A stretch of DNA of 61,576 bases, the filler included, from a bacterium (lineage in GTDB: Bacteria; JAMOTN01): the NCBI GenBank assembly GCA_027062325.1. It is 6 parts of 6 records of this genome, joined end to end, with 100 filler letters (N's around TTAATTAATTAA, not from the genome) between each part and the next. Parts side by side here need not be neighbours in the genome. Positions count along the whole stretch, not along the records: positions 25,506 to 56,332 come from JAMOTN010000049.1; 5 more parts are not named here. One strand, given 5' to 3'. The translations under genes were made by a program, and so were the position numbers. The notes under the pieces are model-generated. The model was not told the origin of the DNA. It saw only the letters and a list, made by a program, of their open reading frames with translations, and did no database searches. Positions 40,355-51,602 of the stretch are shown piece after piece; the stretch's first letter is position 1, and the number at the start of each line of letters is the position of its first letter.

Positions 40355-40889
40355 CCGCTGATTTTAAAAGATCTTCCCCATCTTTGGCATTCGCCGCACT
40401 CTTGCTCTCACTCCAATGTATCAAAACCATAGAGATTCTAACGAGAATAAAACCTGAAACAAATCCTATTATAGAAAGTATTCCATACTTATACGCTCCA
40501 AACACAAGCAAAAGAGCAACCACAACAAGCCTAAACATTGCCTGTGCCCGTGCTTTTTTAGGACTCATCAAACCAAGCGTTACTCGTTCAACACTCCACG
40601 AAAGAAGCACAATTTCAATAATTGAAATTCCAAAACCTGCTATCAAACCTCGTATTAATCTCTTTGAGTCAATACAGGATCTTATATCACACGGCAACAA
40701 CATAAAAAGTGTTAGCAACACAGCAAATGCAACAACGGCTCCAACTACAGTTTTAAACAAAAAAATCTGATAACGCTTCATAGCCGAACGCAAATCTGAA
40801 TTAAGGATGCTCTCTTCGCTATTCTCGCTTCTTGATTCGACTTTTTCATCAATTAAATCACTACTATTTTCCACACTCCTACCCCCCAA
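40320..40889 (-). CDS. Membrane protein, ATP synthase I (AtpI)-like
   Basis: Four TM helices with G.IAG, MFRLVVVA and SIIGFVSGF patterns. Confidence 0.45.
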   Translation of the reverse strand: MGGRSVENSSDLIDEKVESRSENSEESILNSDLRSAMKRYQIFLFKTVVGAVVAFAVLLTLFMLLPCDIRSCIDSKRLIRGLIAGFGISIIEIVLLSWSVERVTLGLMSPKKARAQAMFRLVVVALLLVFGAYKYGILSIIGFVSGFILVRISMVLIHWSESKSAANAKDGEDLLKSAGASNGASIERK

Positions 40890-40898
40890 ACATTAAAG

Positions 40899-41852
40899 CT
40901 ACTTAACCAAGTTTACTATGAAATCTATCTTATTCAAAGCTCTATCTTTATACGCTGCATAAGGAATAAAACCGTATTCCCTACATTTACTTACAAAATT
41001 CGTAATGCGATTTGCATTGTCACCTGTAAATCCACTTCCATCATCAACGTAATCAATAACAAGTACTGGTTTTCCAACCTCTTTAACACGAAAAAGATAA
41101 TTTAAGCGCTCTGCTATATAATCAGATGCATTCTCCTGCAATTCTGTGTAAAACAGATCCTCTACTGCCCATCCATCAATCACTTTCAACAAATCAGCCG
41201 AGTAATCAAGAATCCTTTCAGCATTTTGTATAACAACTATAAAATTTTTCTTTCTTGCCCTTACATAATCTGCAATTCTCTTCACAAAATTTACCATCTC
41301 AACCGCATACCAACTTTCAGGAGTAGCACTTTCCTTATCAGCCCAAAATTCAAACTCATCAACTTTATCAAGATAAACTCCATCAAATCCTTCGTCAATT
41401 ATCCTATCAAGGTATCCTAGAATCAATCTCTGCCAATCCTCGTACCAGTAACGCACAGCATAATTCCCTGGCCACTCAGAATTTTCTTCCCCTAGCCAAT
41501 CAGGTGGATTTTCATCCCAAGCAGTATTCCAATAATATCGGTAATTTTCAGCTTCTCCAATTGATAGGTAGGACAGTAATATTTTGCCATAAAGCTTCAT
41601 CTTGTACATCTCTACAGAGGTAAACTCTCCATCCTCTGTCCCATCCTTTGAGTAATCCAAAACTCCTAAATCAAATTCAGCAGTAGATACAGTAAGCGGA
41701 TCAATGTTCTGCAACCAGCAAAACCAACTTGATACACGAGACAGCGGGGGGCTATCGTTATCATCACACCCCCCCAATGTAAATGCTACAACAATAAAAG
41801 CTCCCACTACTATTATAAGTAGCTTATGAAATATATTAAATTTTTTCAGCAT
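40899..41852 (-). CDS. MJ1477/TM1410-family (GH114-like) glycoside hydrolase lipoprotein
   Basis: Lipobox LGGC; YLSIGEAENYRYYW, ENSEWPGNY, GFDGVYLDKVD, QNA, VEDLFY, VIDY. Confidence 0.85.
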   Translation of the reverse strand: MLKKFNIFHKLLIIVVGAFIVVAFTLGGCDDNDSPPLSRVSSWFCWLQNIDPLTVSTAEFDLGVLDYSKDGTEDGEFTSVEMYKMKLYGKILLSYLSIGEAENYRYYWNTAWDENPPDWLGEENSEWPGNYAVRYWYEDWQRLILGYLDRIIDEGFDGVYLDKVDEFEFWADKESATPESWYAVEMVNFVKRIADYVRARKKNFIVVIQNAERILDYSADLLKVIDGWAVEDLFYTELQENASDYIAERLNYLFRVKEVGKPVLVIDYVDDGSGFTGDNANRITNFVSKCREYGFIPYAAYKDRALNKIDFIVNLVK

Positions 41853-41910
41853 ATATTTAAATCTCCTATTTCACCTCCCTGTGTCACTTTCTCTCTTTAC
41901 AAAATCCCCT

Positions 41911-43863
41911 TTACATCCTTTCTGTCAATTCTTTAGCTTTCTCAGTTATATTCTCCTGTCTCTTCACTTCATCCACAAGTATTTTTATGTACTCCTGACG
42001 TAACTTCTCAATTCCCACTTGTATTTCTGTAATAGCAGCCTTAATCTTCTCAACAGCCAAACTTTCCTCCTCAGTTACATTCTTAATCTTACCCAAATTA
42101 CGTGAAAGTTGTGATGTGAATCTCAATAACTGTTCAAGATCAGCACTAACTCCATTTATTATACTCATTTGATCTTGCAGAATTTTATCAGTATTTTCTA
42201 TTCTAGCTGACAACTCTTCTACAACTTCAACAAGATGTATGATAACACTCTTAATTTCGTTACTCTCCTTATGAGTACGCTCACTCAAGTTCCTTATCTC
42301 CTCTGCAACAACTGCAAATCCCCTGCCGCTCTCACCAGCACGCGCAGCCTCAATTGCAGCATTCAAAGCAAGGAGGTTCGTTTTTTCTGCAATGCTACTA
42401 ACTATCTCAACAAAGCCTTTAACTTTATTAACAATATCCTCCACCTTTCCCATAAAAGAACTTACCATCTGAAAACTATCTCCAACATTCGTAGAAACAC
42501 TAACTAATTTAGCAACAGCCTCTTGACCACTCGAAGCAACTTCTGCCATTTTCATAGCTTCATCTCTTATAGCATTTGCTTCTTGAGCAACCATACGACT
42601 TGTAGTTGACGTCTCCTCAACAGCACTACTAATTTCAGTAACATCTTTTGTTAGATTATCAGCGTACTTTCTAAGCTTTTCAACGATGTCTACAATTGCA
42701 GAGGTAGAAACCGATAACTCTTGGGACTCTGAAATAAATTCCTTCTTGATTTTTCCTATAATCCAGCTCATAAACAACCAAATAATTATCAAAATAATCA
42801 TTGAGATAATAAAAACTTGATTAGCAATCTTATTAAGCATTTCTTTAAGAAACTTATTAACTTTTAAACTTATTCCACTAGCCTTAACATTTATAGGCTT
42901 CAAATACAATCCAGAACACAAGACCCAATTAAGACGCGGTATATAAACTGCATAGGAAAGTTTCTTCTCCAAATTATTTGTAACAGGATCCGTGTAGGCG
43001 TATTCTACAAAGACTGCCCCCTTTGCCATCGCTCCTTCAATTAACATTTTTCTGTAAGGAACACCTCTTGGATCCTTCTTATTAACATCAACAAGCTTAC
43101 CAGATAAACTGGGCTTAGGATGAAAAAACATTACAACTTTGTTGGGCCACTGAGATACGTCATAAATCCAGAAATATCCGCGGCCTCCTTCAAAGCGCCA
43201 CCCTTCAAGAGCTGTTTTGAACTTCTCCTTAAAATCACTCATTACATCATCAATGTAAGCACCAGTTCCAACTATCCAGCCCCACTCTCTCAAAACAAAA
43301 AACAAACTCATCTTTTTCTCTTTTCTTCCAGTTTTAGGGTGTGGCCAATAGTATATAGCATAATCCAAACCTTTTTTAGCATTGTCAACAATGAGCTTTA
43401 TTACCTCAACATTTTTTAGATTTTTACCCTCAAGCTGTGGCTTTATTGGATGCGCAACCATTACGTAATTCATATCAATTATAAAAAAGTAGCCATTACC
43501 ATTGTCATAACGGCACGACTTTACAACAGCCTTTACCATTTTCTTCTTCTCTTCATCAGTTAAAGTCTCATCTTGTATTATACGCGATAACATAACCTTG
43601 ACACTTTCAAGAATTTGCCCAATCTTTTTTCTAGTAACCTCTTCAAAATTGCTACTGCTAAGCTGAGATTCGATATACTTCTTACCGTTCTCAACAAAGT
43701 CTTGCAACACCTCTTTGTAAGTATCAATTAAAACTTGACGTTGTAACTCATCACTTCTTTTAAGAACTTCTTTTCCCAATTTTTCAACCACTAAATAAGA
43801 AAAAAAACCAAAAGCACCAACTAAAAGCACAACCGACAGCACTAACAAAGTAGTGTATTTCAT
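41911..43863 (-). CDS. Methyl-accepting chemotaxis protein with tandem Cache_2-like sensors
   Basis: Two GYF.I...HP / Y.W..P...K / W.W..G.Y modules; [34 protein letters not shown]. Confidence 0.92.
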   Translation of the reverse strand: MKYTTLLVLSVVLLVGAFGFFSYLVVEKLGKEVLKRSDELQRQVLIDTYKEVLQDFVENGKKYIESQLSSSNFEEVTRKKIGQILESVKVMLSRIIQDETLTDEEKKKMVKAVVKSCRYDNGNGYFFIIDMNYVMVAHPIKPQLEGKNLKNVEVIKLIVDNAKKGLDYAIYYWPHPKTGRKEKKMSLFFVLREWGWIVGTGAYIDDVMSDFKEKFKTALEGWRFEGGRGYFWIYDVSQWPNKVVMFFHPKPSLSGKLVDVNKKDPRGVPYRKMLIEGAMAKGAVFVEYAYTDPVTNNLEKKLSYAVYIPRLNWVLCSGLYLKPINVKASGISLKVNKFLKEMLNKIANQVFIISMIILIIIWLFMSWIIGKIKKEFISESQELSVSTSAIVDIVEKLRKYADNLTKDVTEISSAVEETSTTSRMVAQEANAIRDEAMKMAEVASSGQEAVAKLVSVSTNVGDSFQMVSSFMGKVEDIVNKVKGFVEIVSSIAEKTNLLALNAAIEAARAGESGRGFAVVAEEIRNLSERTHKESNEIKSVIIHLVEVVEELSARIENTDKILQDQMSIINGVSADLEQLLRFTSQLSRNLGKIKNVTEEESLAVEKIKAAITEIQVGIEKLRQEYIKILVDEVKRQENITEKAKELTERM

Positions 43864-43991
43864 TCAAATCCCCCCTGAAAATTAAAACCTTTATCAATAC
43901 TTATTCCATCTTGTTATTTACTATTTAATTTTTTTACTTTTATTATTTATTTTAACAAAGAAACTCCAAAGTGTTTGGGGGCTTAATTTTT

Positions 43992-45959
43992 TCACAACAC
44001 CTCTGCCAAATCTTGAATACTCATTCTCAAAGTTTGCAGCAAACTTTGTAGCTTCTCTTTCAACTCTTGAGCCTTTTCAAACTCCAGGTTTTCAGCAGCC
44101 TCTATCATACTCGTATAAATCTCTTTAGCTTTCTCAAGCAACTCCCTTTTATCTAATTCTTTCTCCTGCTCTTCAATCAATTCCTGAATGATCGGTTTGA
44201 TAACAGGGCTCGGAGTGATACCATGCTCTTTGTTGTACTTCTCCTGCTTTCGCCGCCTTCTTTTTACCTCTTCTATCATCTCTTTCATAGCACGGCTCAT
44301 TCTTTCTGCATAAAGGATACAGCGTCCATTAACATGCCGTGCCGCACGCCCTGCCAACTGTATGAGAGAAGTTTTAGAACGCAAGAATCCCTCTTTATCC
44401 GCATCTAAGATAAATACCGTAGAAACCTCTGGAAGATCTATTCCCTCTCGCAACAAATTAATCCCCACCACACAATCGTAAATCCCTCGCCTCAAATCAG
44501 CCAAAATCTTTTGTCTCTCAAGCGTCCCAAGTTCTGAGTGCAACCAGGCTGCCTTAATACCCAAATCGCGCAAATGAGCTGCCAATTTTTCTGCCATCTT
44601 CTTAGTAAGCACGGCAACTATCGCTCTTTCACCCCTAGCCTTTAACTTTTTCATCTCCATTATCACATCTTCTGTCTGGATCCTCCAATCTCTAACCTCA
44701 ACAAGCGGCTCAAGAAGCCCAGTAGGTCGCACTACTAACTCAGCAACCTCTTCAGAAACAGAAAGTTCCCAATCACCGGGAGTCGCACTTACAAACACTA
44801 TTTGAGAAGTGCGCTCTAAAAATTCCTCAAACGTAAGCGGCCTATTATCATAAGCAGAAGGAAGCCTAAAACCATACTCAATCAAACTTTTTTTGCGTGA
44901 TCTATCGCCTTCTCTCATTGCCCTAAGTTGCGGTATAGTTATATGAGACTCATCTATGAAGGTAATGAAGTCCCGCGGGAAAAAACTGATAAGAGTCGCC
45001 GGAGGCTGTCCGGGCTTTCTGCCATCTATGTGACGCGAGTAGTTCTCAATCCCCTTACAGTATCCAGTTTCTTTAAGCATAGCTAAGTCATAACGCGTGC
45101 GTTGCAGCAATCTTTCTGCCTCTAAGAGTTTTCCTCTCTTTTTAAACCATTCAACACGCTCTGCTAACTCTTTTTCTATGCTCTCTATTGCCCGTTCTTT
45201 AGCATCCTCATCCAGAAGATAAAATGTTGCTGGGAATATGACTGCTGCCTCTGCTTCCGCCGCATCTTGACTAACAACATTGTAGTAAACTATACGCTCA
45301 ATCTCATCCCCCCAAAACTCAACGCGATAAGCCATATCCTCAGCATTAGGTAAAAAAATCGTCACCACATCTCCTGATAATCTGAAGGAAGCCGGTTCAG
45401 GTGCTAAGTCGTTTCTCTTGTATCCCATTTCAAGAAGTTTCTCCACTAATTTCAATGGACTTAATTCATCTCCAACTTTTAATCGTAATATTTTTTTCTC
45501 GTAAACATCAGGTGATCCCAATCCATACAGACACGAGACCGTTGCAACAACTATCACATCGCGACGCGATACCAAAGCAGATACAGCTTCATGACGTAGT
45601 TGATCAATCTTCTCGTTTAAGGATGCATCCTTTTCTATGTAAAGATCCCTCTCAACTACGTAAGCTTCTGGTTGATAGTAATCGTAATAACTTACAAAAT
45701 AACATACAGCATTATCTGGAAAAAATTCCTTAAACTCAAGATACAGCTGAGCAGCCAAGGTTTTATTGTGAGAAATTACAAGTGCAGGACGCTCAAGATG
45801 AGCTATAATATTCGCCATTGTAAACGTCTTACCAGAACCTGTCACTCCAAGCAAAGTTACAAATCTTTTTCCCTCTTTCAAAGCACGACAGACAGCATCA
45901 ATAGCTGTTGGTTGATCTCCAGATGCCGAATACGGAGCAACAAGCTTAAATATTCCCAT
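43992..45959 (-). CDS. uvrB: Excinuclease ABC subunit B
   Basis: GDQP, LLGVTGSGKTFT, HNKTLAAQLY, YFVSYYDYYQPEAY, GINLLREGIDLPEV, C-terminal UVR domain. Confidence 0.97.
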   Translation of the reverse strand: MGIFKLVAPYSASGDQPTAIDAVCRALKEGKRFVTLLGVTGSGKTFTMANIIAHLERPALVISHNKTLAAQLYLEFKEFFPDNAVCYFVSYYDYYQPEAYVVERDLYIEKDASLNEKIDQLRHEAVSALVSRRDVIVVATVSCLYGLGSPDVYEKKILRLKVGDELSPLKLVEKLLEMGYKRNDLAPEPASFRLSGDVVTIFLPNAEDMAYRVEFWGDEIERIVYYNVVSQDAAEAEAAVIFPATFYLLDEDAKERAIESIEKELAERVEWFKKRGKLLEAERLLQRTRYDLAMLKETGYCKGIENYSRHIDGRKPGQPPATLISFFPRDFITFIDESHITIPQLRAMREGDRSRKKSLIEYGFRLPSAYDNRPLTFEEFLERTSQIVFVSATPGDWELSVSEEVAELVVRPTGLLEPLVEVRDWRIQTEDVIMEMKKLKARGERAIVAVLTKKMAEKLAAHLRDLGIKAAWLHSELGTLERQKILADLRRGIYDCVVGINLLREGIDLPEVSTVFILDADKEGFLRSKTSLIQLAGRAARHVNGRCILYAERMSRAMKEMIEEVKRRRRKQEKYNKEHGITPSPVIKPIIQELIEEQEKELDKRELLEKAKEIYTSMIEAAENLEFEKAQELKEKLQSLLQTLRMSIQDLAEVL

Positions 45960-46000
45960 TAGTACTTCGCCTCCCAAAAGCAAGACAGCAAATACGCAAT

Positions 46001-46055
46001 AAAAAGAACAAAAGGGGCAGCCTCGCCGTACATTTAAAATGGCAAGACTACCCCT
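46001..46055 (-). terminator. Intrinsic terminator downstream of the chemoreceptor gene
   Basis: Minus strand AGGGGUAGUCUUGCC pairs with GGCGAGGCUGCCCCU (15 bp including G-U), followed by a U-rich tract. Confidence 0.75.
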
Positions 46056-46083
46056 ATTTATGAGGCATTAATTTGACACACTG

Positions 46084-48201
46084 CTATGCTCTATTTATCC
46101 TCAACGTCTCCTCCACTCTGTCAATAAGTTTTCTCAATTCCTTTACAACGCTTGCAATCATTTTCATTGCCTCAACAATTTCGTCTATTGCATGTACAAT
46201 ATTTTCCATAACTTGATTAGTCTCCTCAGCTGCTGCAGAAACTTCCTGAGAATGTTGCACCATCTCACTTGTAGTTTGTGCTTGCTCTTCCACCGCTGCT
46301 GCAATCTCTTCTGCCACCGTCTTAACTCGATTTATAACTTCTTTAACTGCATCAAATTCACCTTTAACATTGGCTGCTTCTCCTCTTATTTCTTCAAGTA
46401 TAGACTTTATCTCTTCGACTCCTTTTATCGTTCTATCCGCAAGGCTCTTTATCTCCTGAGCAACAACTGCAAATCCACGTCCTGCTTCTCCTGCTCGAGC
46501 TGCTTCAATTGAAGCATTGAGGGCTAGCAGGTTAGTCTTGTCTGCAATTCCAATAATAAGATCATTTATCTCCTCTATCTTGTCTATCTTGGAACGCAGC
46601 TTCTCCAGTGCATTTTCAGCTTCTGAGGCAACCCCTTCTGCTTCACTCGCTACCTCATTTGCCGTTTGAGTATTTGCGGCTATAGTCTCTATACTGGCTT
46701 TCATCTCCTCAAGCGCTGTAACCACGGAAATTATGGAGGTAGTTGTTCTATTCATAGCCTCTCTGACTTCAGATATCTGTGTCTTCGTGTGATCTGTCGT
46801 CTGTTTCAACTCCTCAGAGCTTGTTACCAGATTTTCAACTTCTGTTGATATATTCCTTGCCTCTCTCACAAACTCAGCAAAAATTGAGGCTAACCCCACA
46901 CTTTTTGTGAAGACATAACTTGCAAGCCAAGCCATAAATACAGCGATTACAAGAATTAGCAGAAGAGTCTTTAATAATTCTTTTATCGCTTTGGCTTTAA
47001 TATATCTTACTGGAGTATAAGCAACAACATACCAGTCCACATTCTTCATGATCTTGTGAACTGCTACTATAAGTTCCTCTTTCAAATCACTAAAACTGAA
47101 AACCCTCCCTATAGCATTCCCCTTAACTTCTGCTTCCTTAAGAACAGGAATAATAGAAGTCCATTTAGTTGCCTCTCCTTTATTCATAGAATAATTATTA
47201 CCACATATAACAACCCCATTTTTGTCAATCAAAGCAAAATTTATCAGTTCTGTAAAGGTCCCTTTAGCAATCTCCCCAATCGACTTATCAACAATTAACT
47301 TTTCAAACTTTTTAAAAGGAACCACTAAAATCAAAGTCCCGACAAATTCATTCGTATTCAGTGAAAAAATTGGAGTCCCAACTAATAAAATCGGCTCACC
47401 ATAAATATTATCTTCATTTAAATACTCTTCTACTTCTACCATCCCTTCCCTTCTATGAGCAGCGACTCTCCTGAATAATTTAGAAATTGGACTATTAAGC
47501 CACAAAGGAGAGGTTAAATTCTGCCCTAAGATAGGACTCTTTGCCACATCATACAGTACTATTCCATCTTTATTCACTAATATCCCATCCTTTATATGCT
47601 CAGACTTAAAGACAAAAGAAAATTGCTCGTGCCATCTCCTATAAACCTTCTCATAACTCAGTGAAAGATTACTCCCTTCAAATTTCCACTTATCTTTGAA
47701 AGCATAGGAGTTATTATCAGGATGGATAAACAACCAATGAAGAATTTTTCCTTCCAGAGAATCAGGAATCAACATCTGCATATCCATAGATTCAAAAAAC
47801 TTATCCCCAGCATAATAGCTTTTCAATCGCGAAACCAAAGCTTCTGCAGGTGGAAAATTGTGCTTTTCTATCAAATTCTCCCACTCTTTCTTTAAATTCC
47901 AAAAAGCATTTTCAAAATCTTCTAATGCTCTGGATGACAAAACAGCCAAACTCAATGCTGTATTTTTGTAACCTTTTACCATTTCACGAAAAGCATCCTT
48001 TTTCCAAGTAGCCTCAACATTAAGAGCTTCAGCTAAAGTATTTACATTAAATTTATACGAAAAATACATCACCATAAGTTGAGACAATAGGGCTGTAAGA
48101 ATTATAGAAATGAAAACTATAAGTTGAACTTTATGTGTGATCCTCATCTTGGCTTTGGGGCGATTCAGGCTGCGAGCCTCAATCTCACCCACTTTTTTCA
48201 C
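46084..48201 (-). CDS. Methyl-accepting chemotaxis protein (dCache-like sensor)
   Basis: Two TM segments flanking a large extracytoplasmic domain; [34 protein letters not shown]. Confidence 0.92.
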   Translation of the reverse strand: MKKVGEIEARSLNRPKAKMRITHKVQLIVFISIILTALLSQLMVMYFSYKFNVNTLAEALNVEATWKKDAFREMVKGYKNTALSLAVLSSRALEDFENAFWNLKKEWENLIEKHNFPPAEALVSRLKSYYAGDKFFESMDMQMLIPDSLEGKILHWLFIHPDNNSYAFKDKWKFEGSNLSLSYEKVYRRWHEQFSFVFKSEHIKDGILVNKDGIVLYDVAKSPILGQNLTSPLWLNSPISKLFRRVAAHRREGMVEVEEYLNEDNIYGEPILLVGTPIFSLNTNEFVGTLILVVPFKKFEKLIVDKSIGEIAKGTFTELINFALIDKNGVVICGNNYSMNKGEATKWTSIIPVLKEAEVKGNAIGRVFSFSDLKEELIVAVHKIMKNVDWYVVAYTPVRYIKAKAIKELLKTLLLILVIAVFMAWLASYVFTKSVGLASIFAEFVREARNISTEVENLVTSSEELKQTTDHTKTQISEVREAMNRTTTSIISVVTALEEMKASIETIAANTQTANEVASEAEGVASEAENALEKLRSKIDKIEEINDLIIGIADKTNLLALNASIEAARAGEAGRGFAVVAQEIKSLADRTIKGVEEIKSILEEIRGEAANVKGEFDAVKEVINRVKTVAEEIAAAVEEQAQTTSEMVQHSQEVSAAAEETNQVMENIVHAIDEIVEAMKMIASVVKELRKLIDRVEETLRINRA

Positions 48202-48416
48202 CCCCCTTCTAAATTTTTATTACAGTTTTAAAATATCGAAAACTATAACCGGCAAATTGCAAAAACAAACTCTCTACGCTGTCTGGTGCTATAGCAAGTG
48301 CAGCTATAAATTGATCCCCTCAGCGCATGGCACTTCAACTGCTGTATCTTGACTTTTCAAAACAATTTCAACAATTAAATCACACTAATTCAACTTATAG
48401 CCCCTACTTGCTCTTC

Positions 48417-48594
48417 CTCTGCAAGGAACTGGCAAACAACGCCCATAACTTTAGCATTATTTTAATCTATTAATTTTCCAAAACATATACTACCCCTTCC
48501 AAAATCCCCAAGGCACCACTCCCTTAACTCAACTTTAAAATTAAAATTCAGGGCGTCTATGCATGCATGCACAATGCCAGTTACCTCCGCAGAG
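48417..48594 (-). ncRNA. Unassigned structured RNA candidate (long nested hairpin)
   Basis: Long-range helix 48576-48594 with 48417-48433, and nested ACGCCC/GGGCGT (48551-56 with 48439-44); G-U wobbles favour the minus strand. Confidence 0.4.
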
Positions 48595-48748
48595 CCTCAC
48601 ACCTGACAGTCCCCCAGTCCTTATTATTAAATTATATATTATTCAATCACCTCTTTAAAATAATTCAAAATTGAACAAAAATATTTTTGAAATAAGATCT
48701 ATTCAACTATGCGCATTACTGTGGTAAATTAAATAGTGGTCTAAGGAG

Positions 48749-51598
48749 GTGGCCCATATCCAATCCATAAAAGTAATAGGCGCACGGCAACATAACCTAA
48801 AGAACATAAACGTTGAAATACCAGCGGAGAAGTTAGTTGTAATAACAGGTCCTTCTGGAAGCGGTAAAAGCAGCCTTGCAATACACGTTTTGTATGCGGA
48901 AGGTCAAAGAAGATACTTGGAGTCTCTCTCATCTTACGCTCGCCAATTTTTAGAAAAGTTTGACAAAGCCAACGTAGACGAGATTATAGGATTATCTCCA
49001 ACCATCGCAATTGATCAAAAAAAAGGAATAGTAACACCACGTTCAACAGTCGGCACCTCAACAGAAATTTATGATCTTTTGAGAATCATATTCGCACGTG
49101 CTGGAACTCCTTACTGCCCTAAATGTCAAGTTGAGCTTGTTGGAACTACAAAGGAAGAGGTCGTTGAGAATATAAAATCGAAGTTTATCGGGAAAGACAT
49201 ACTTATAACTAGCCCTATTGCCGAACAAAAGAAAGGTAGCTTTAAAGACGTATTCGAAAAACTCTACACGGACGGATTTAGTAGAGTAATCGTTGACAAG
49301 AAACTTGTAAAATTAAGGTCTGGTAAACAAAGCGAAATCTCACTTGATAAAAATAAGCGCCACAGTGTAGAAGCAGTAATAGATAGAATAAGACTTACAA
49401 ATCCCGATGAACTCAACGCAAGGATATGGCAGGCAGTTGAAAAAGCCATTGAACTTTCTGATGGATGGCTCAAAATTTACATATGGAATGGACAGACAGA
49501 ATTTGACAAAGAAGACGCTCTTTTTTCAACAAAGCTTTCCTGTCCGAACTGTAAAAAAAGCTATCCAAAATTAGATGTTAAATTATTCTCTTTCAACTCT
49601 CCAATCGGCGCATGCCCACGATGTTCTGGGATTGGTAGTGTTTTCACTATAAACGAGGAGGCACTTGTAGATCCCGTAAAACCTGTGCGCCGTGCAATAA
49701 AACTACTATCTCTTCCTTTCATGTGGGGAGTTGGAAGCCGCTTCAAAGATGCCCTATGGATTCTGGGAATAGATGCAGATACTCCGTGGCAAGACTTATC
49801 AGAAGAGGAAAAGAACTTCATTCTTTACGGTGGAAACAGTCAATACGGTGAATTCGAAGGAATAGAGTGGCATCTCTTGCGTCTATTTAACTCAACGGAA
49901 TCAGATAAAATTCGTGCCGAAATTAGCAAGTACCTGAAGGAAAATACGTGTCCAGTTTGTAAGGGACAGAGGCTGAACGAATACGCCTTATCTGTACGCC
50001 TAAGATTCGAAGATTTTGAAATAACAATTGGAGAAGCTGTTGAGACTGAAATCGAAGAGCTGCTGGCTATCTTTAAAATCCACAAACTTCCCGAAGAAAA
50101 GTTAAATATTTTAAAACGAGCCGTTGACGAACTGATAAAGCGTCTTGAATTTCTAGTTGAGGTTGGAGCAGGTTATTTAACTCTTAACAGGAAAATCTCA
50201 ACCCTTTCTGGAGGAGAACATCAACGCGTCAAGCTGGCAAGCCAACTGGGAAGCAATTTAAGTGGTGTTACTTACATCCTGGATGAACCAACAGTGGGCC
50301 TTCATCCTGTGGACACAAAACGTCTCATAAATGTGCTAAAAAAACTAAAAAATCTTGGAAACAATGTTATCGTAGTTGAACACGACGAAGAAGTAATAGC
50401 AGCAGCAGACTGGATTGTCGAATTAGGACCCGAGAGTGGTGAAAAAGGCGGGGAAGTAGTATTTTCTGGAACTCCAAATGAACTTTTGACAAAAAACACA
50501 AAAACTGCATTCGTATTGAAAAAAACACAGCAACTTGAAAATAATATGCTTGATGAAAAGATATTTGTTGAGAATAAATTTGTTAGTTATAATAACAATC
50601 TTCTTCCATCCTCAGAACAGAGGAATGCGCAAAATTTTGAAAAATTCTTGATAGTAAAAAATGCTACTCTCCATAACTTGAAAAACATAACTGTACATTT
50701 CCCTAAAAATGCTCTCTCAGTTATTGTGGGCGTATCAGGGAGTGGTAAAAGTAGCCTTGCAGAAGAAATAGAAAAGCAATGGGGAAGGGAGCGTGACATA
50801 AAACTAAAAGTGGTTGATCAATCTCCAATCGGGCGCACACCTCGTTCAAATCCTGCAACCTACACCGGAATTTTCACATACATCAGGCAGTTATTTGCTC
50901 AAACAAAAGAGGCAAAGCTTCGCGGTTTTACACAAGCGCACTTCTCATTCAATGTGGCAGCAGGAAGATGCGAAAAGTGCAAAGGAGAAGGCTTTATAAA
51001 GATAGATATGCAATTTCTTCCCGACGTATTCGTAAAGTGTCCGCTATGTCACGGAAAACGTTACAATTCAAATGTACTCGAAGTGAAATTTGCAGGCCTT
51101 AACATAGCAGAAGTCCTGGAGCTGACGGTAGATGAAGCTATTAAAATTTTTGAAAGTTTTCCTCAAATTGCCGATAAACTAAAACTTTTATCTGATGTCG
51201 GTCTGGGGTATTTAAAACTTGGTCAACCTTCCACTACCCTCTCAGGTGGGGAAGCACAAAGAATAAAACTTGCAAAGTGGCTACAAACGCGCAACTTAGA
51301 GGGTGCTGTGTTTCTACTTGACGAGCCAACAGTTGGTCTTCATTGGTTTGACGTGGAAAAGCTAATTGCAGTCCTCAAGCGCTTGGTTGATAAGGGAGCA
51401 ACTGTGATAGTAATAGAACACAATTTGCAACTGATAAGCAGTGCAGACTGGGTATTAGAGCTTGGCCCAGAGGGTGGAAAGCACGGCGGCCATCTCATAT
51501 TTGAAGGAGAGATGACCGCCTTTCTAAAAGCCAACACAGTAACCGCACGTGAACTAAGAAATTGGTTTGGGATAAAATCTTCCGTTGAAACACGCTGA
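48749..51598 (+). CDS. uvrA: Excinuclease ABC subunit A
   Basis: [26 protein letters not shown], Zn fingers, LSGGE (twice), [22 protein letters not shown]. Confidence 0.97.
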   Translation: MAHIQSIKVIGARQHNLKNINVEIPAEKLVVITGPSGSGKSSLAIHVLYAEGQRRYLESLSSYARQFLEKFDKANVDEIIGLSPTIAIDQKKGIVTPRSTVGTSTEIYDLLRIIFARAGTPYCPKCQVELVGTTKEEVVENIKSKFIGKDILITSPIAEQKKGSFKDVFEKLYTDGFSRVIVDKKLVKLRSGKQSEISLDKNKRHSVEAVIDRIRLTNPDELNARIWQAVEKAIELSDGWLKIYIWNGQTEFDKEDALFSTKLSCPNCKKSYPKLDVKLFSFNSPIGACPRCSGIGSVFTINEEALVDPVKPVRRAIKLLSLPFMWGVGSRFKDALWILGIDADTPWQDLSEEEKNFILYGGNSQYGEFEGIEWHLLRLFNSTESDKIRAEISKYLKENTCPVCKGQRLNEYALSVRLRFEDFEITIGEAVETEIEELLAIFKIHKLPEEKLNILKRAVDELIKRLEFLVEVGAGYLTLNRKISTLSGGEHQRVKLASQLGSNLSGVTYILDEPTVGLHPVDTKRLINVLKKLKNLGNNVIVVEHDEEVIAAADWIVELGPESGEKGGEVVFSGTPNELLTKNTKTAFVLKKTQQLENNMLDEKIFVENKFVSYNNNLLPSSEQRNAQNFEKFLIVKNATLHNLKNITVHFPKNALSVIVGVSGSGKSSLAEEIEKQWGRERDIKLKVVDQSPIGRTPRSNPATYTGIFTYIRQLFAQTKEAKLRGFTQAHFSFNVAAGRCEKCKGEGFIKIDMQFLPDVFVKCPLCHGKRYNSNVLEVKFAGLNIAEVLELTVDEAIKIFESFPQIADKLKLLSDVGLGYLKLGQPSTTLSGGEAQRIKLAKWLQTRNLEGAVFLLDEPTVGLHWFDVEKLIAVLKRLVDKGATVIVIEHNLQLISSADWVLELGPEGGKHGGHLIFEGEMTAFLKANTVTARELRNWFGIKSSVETR

Positions 51599-51602
51599 AT
51601 AA

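Noticed and set aside
48676-48689. Palindrome CAAAAATATTTTTG upstream of uvrA as an SOS box
   Set aside because: It matches no LexA box I know (CTGT-N8-ACAG, GAAC-N4-GTTC) and is low-complexity AT sequence.
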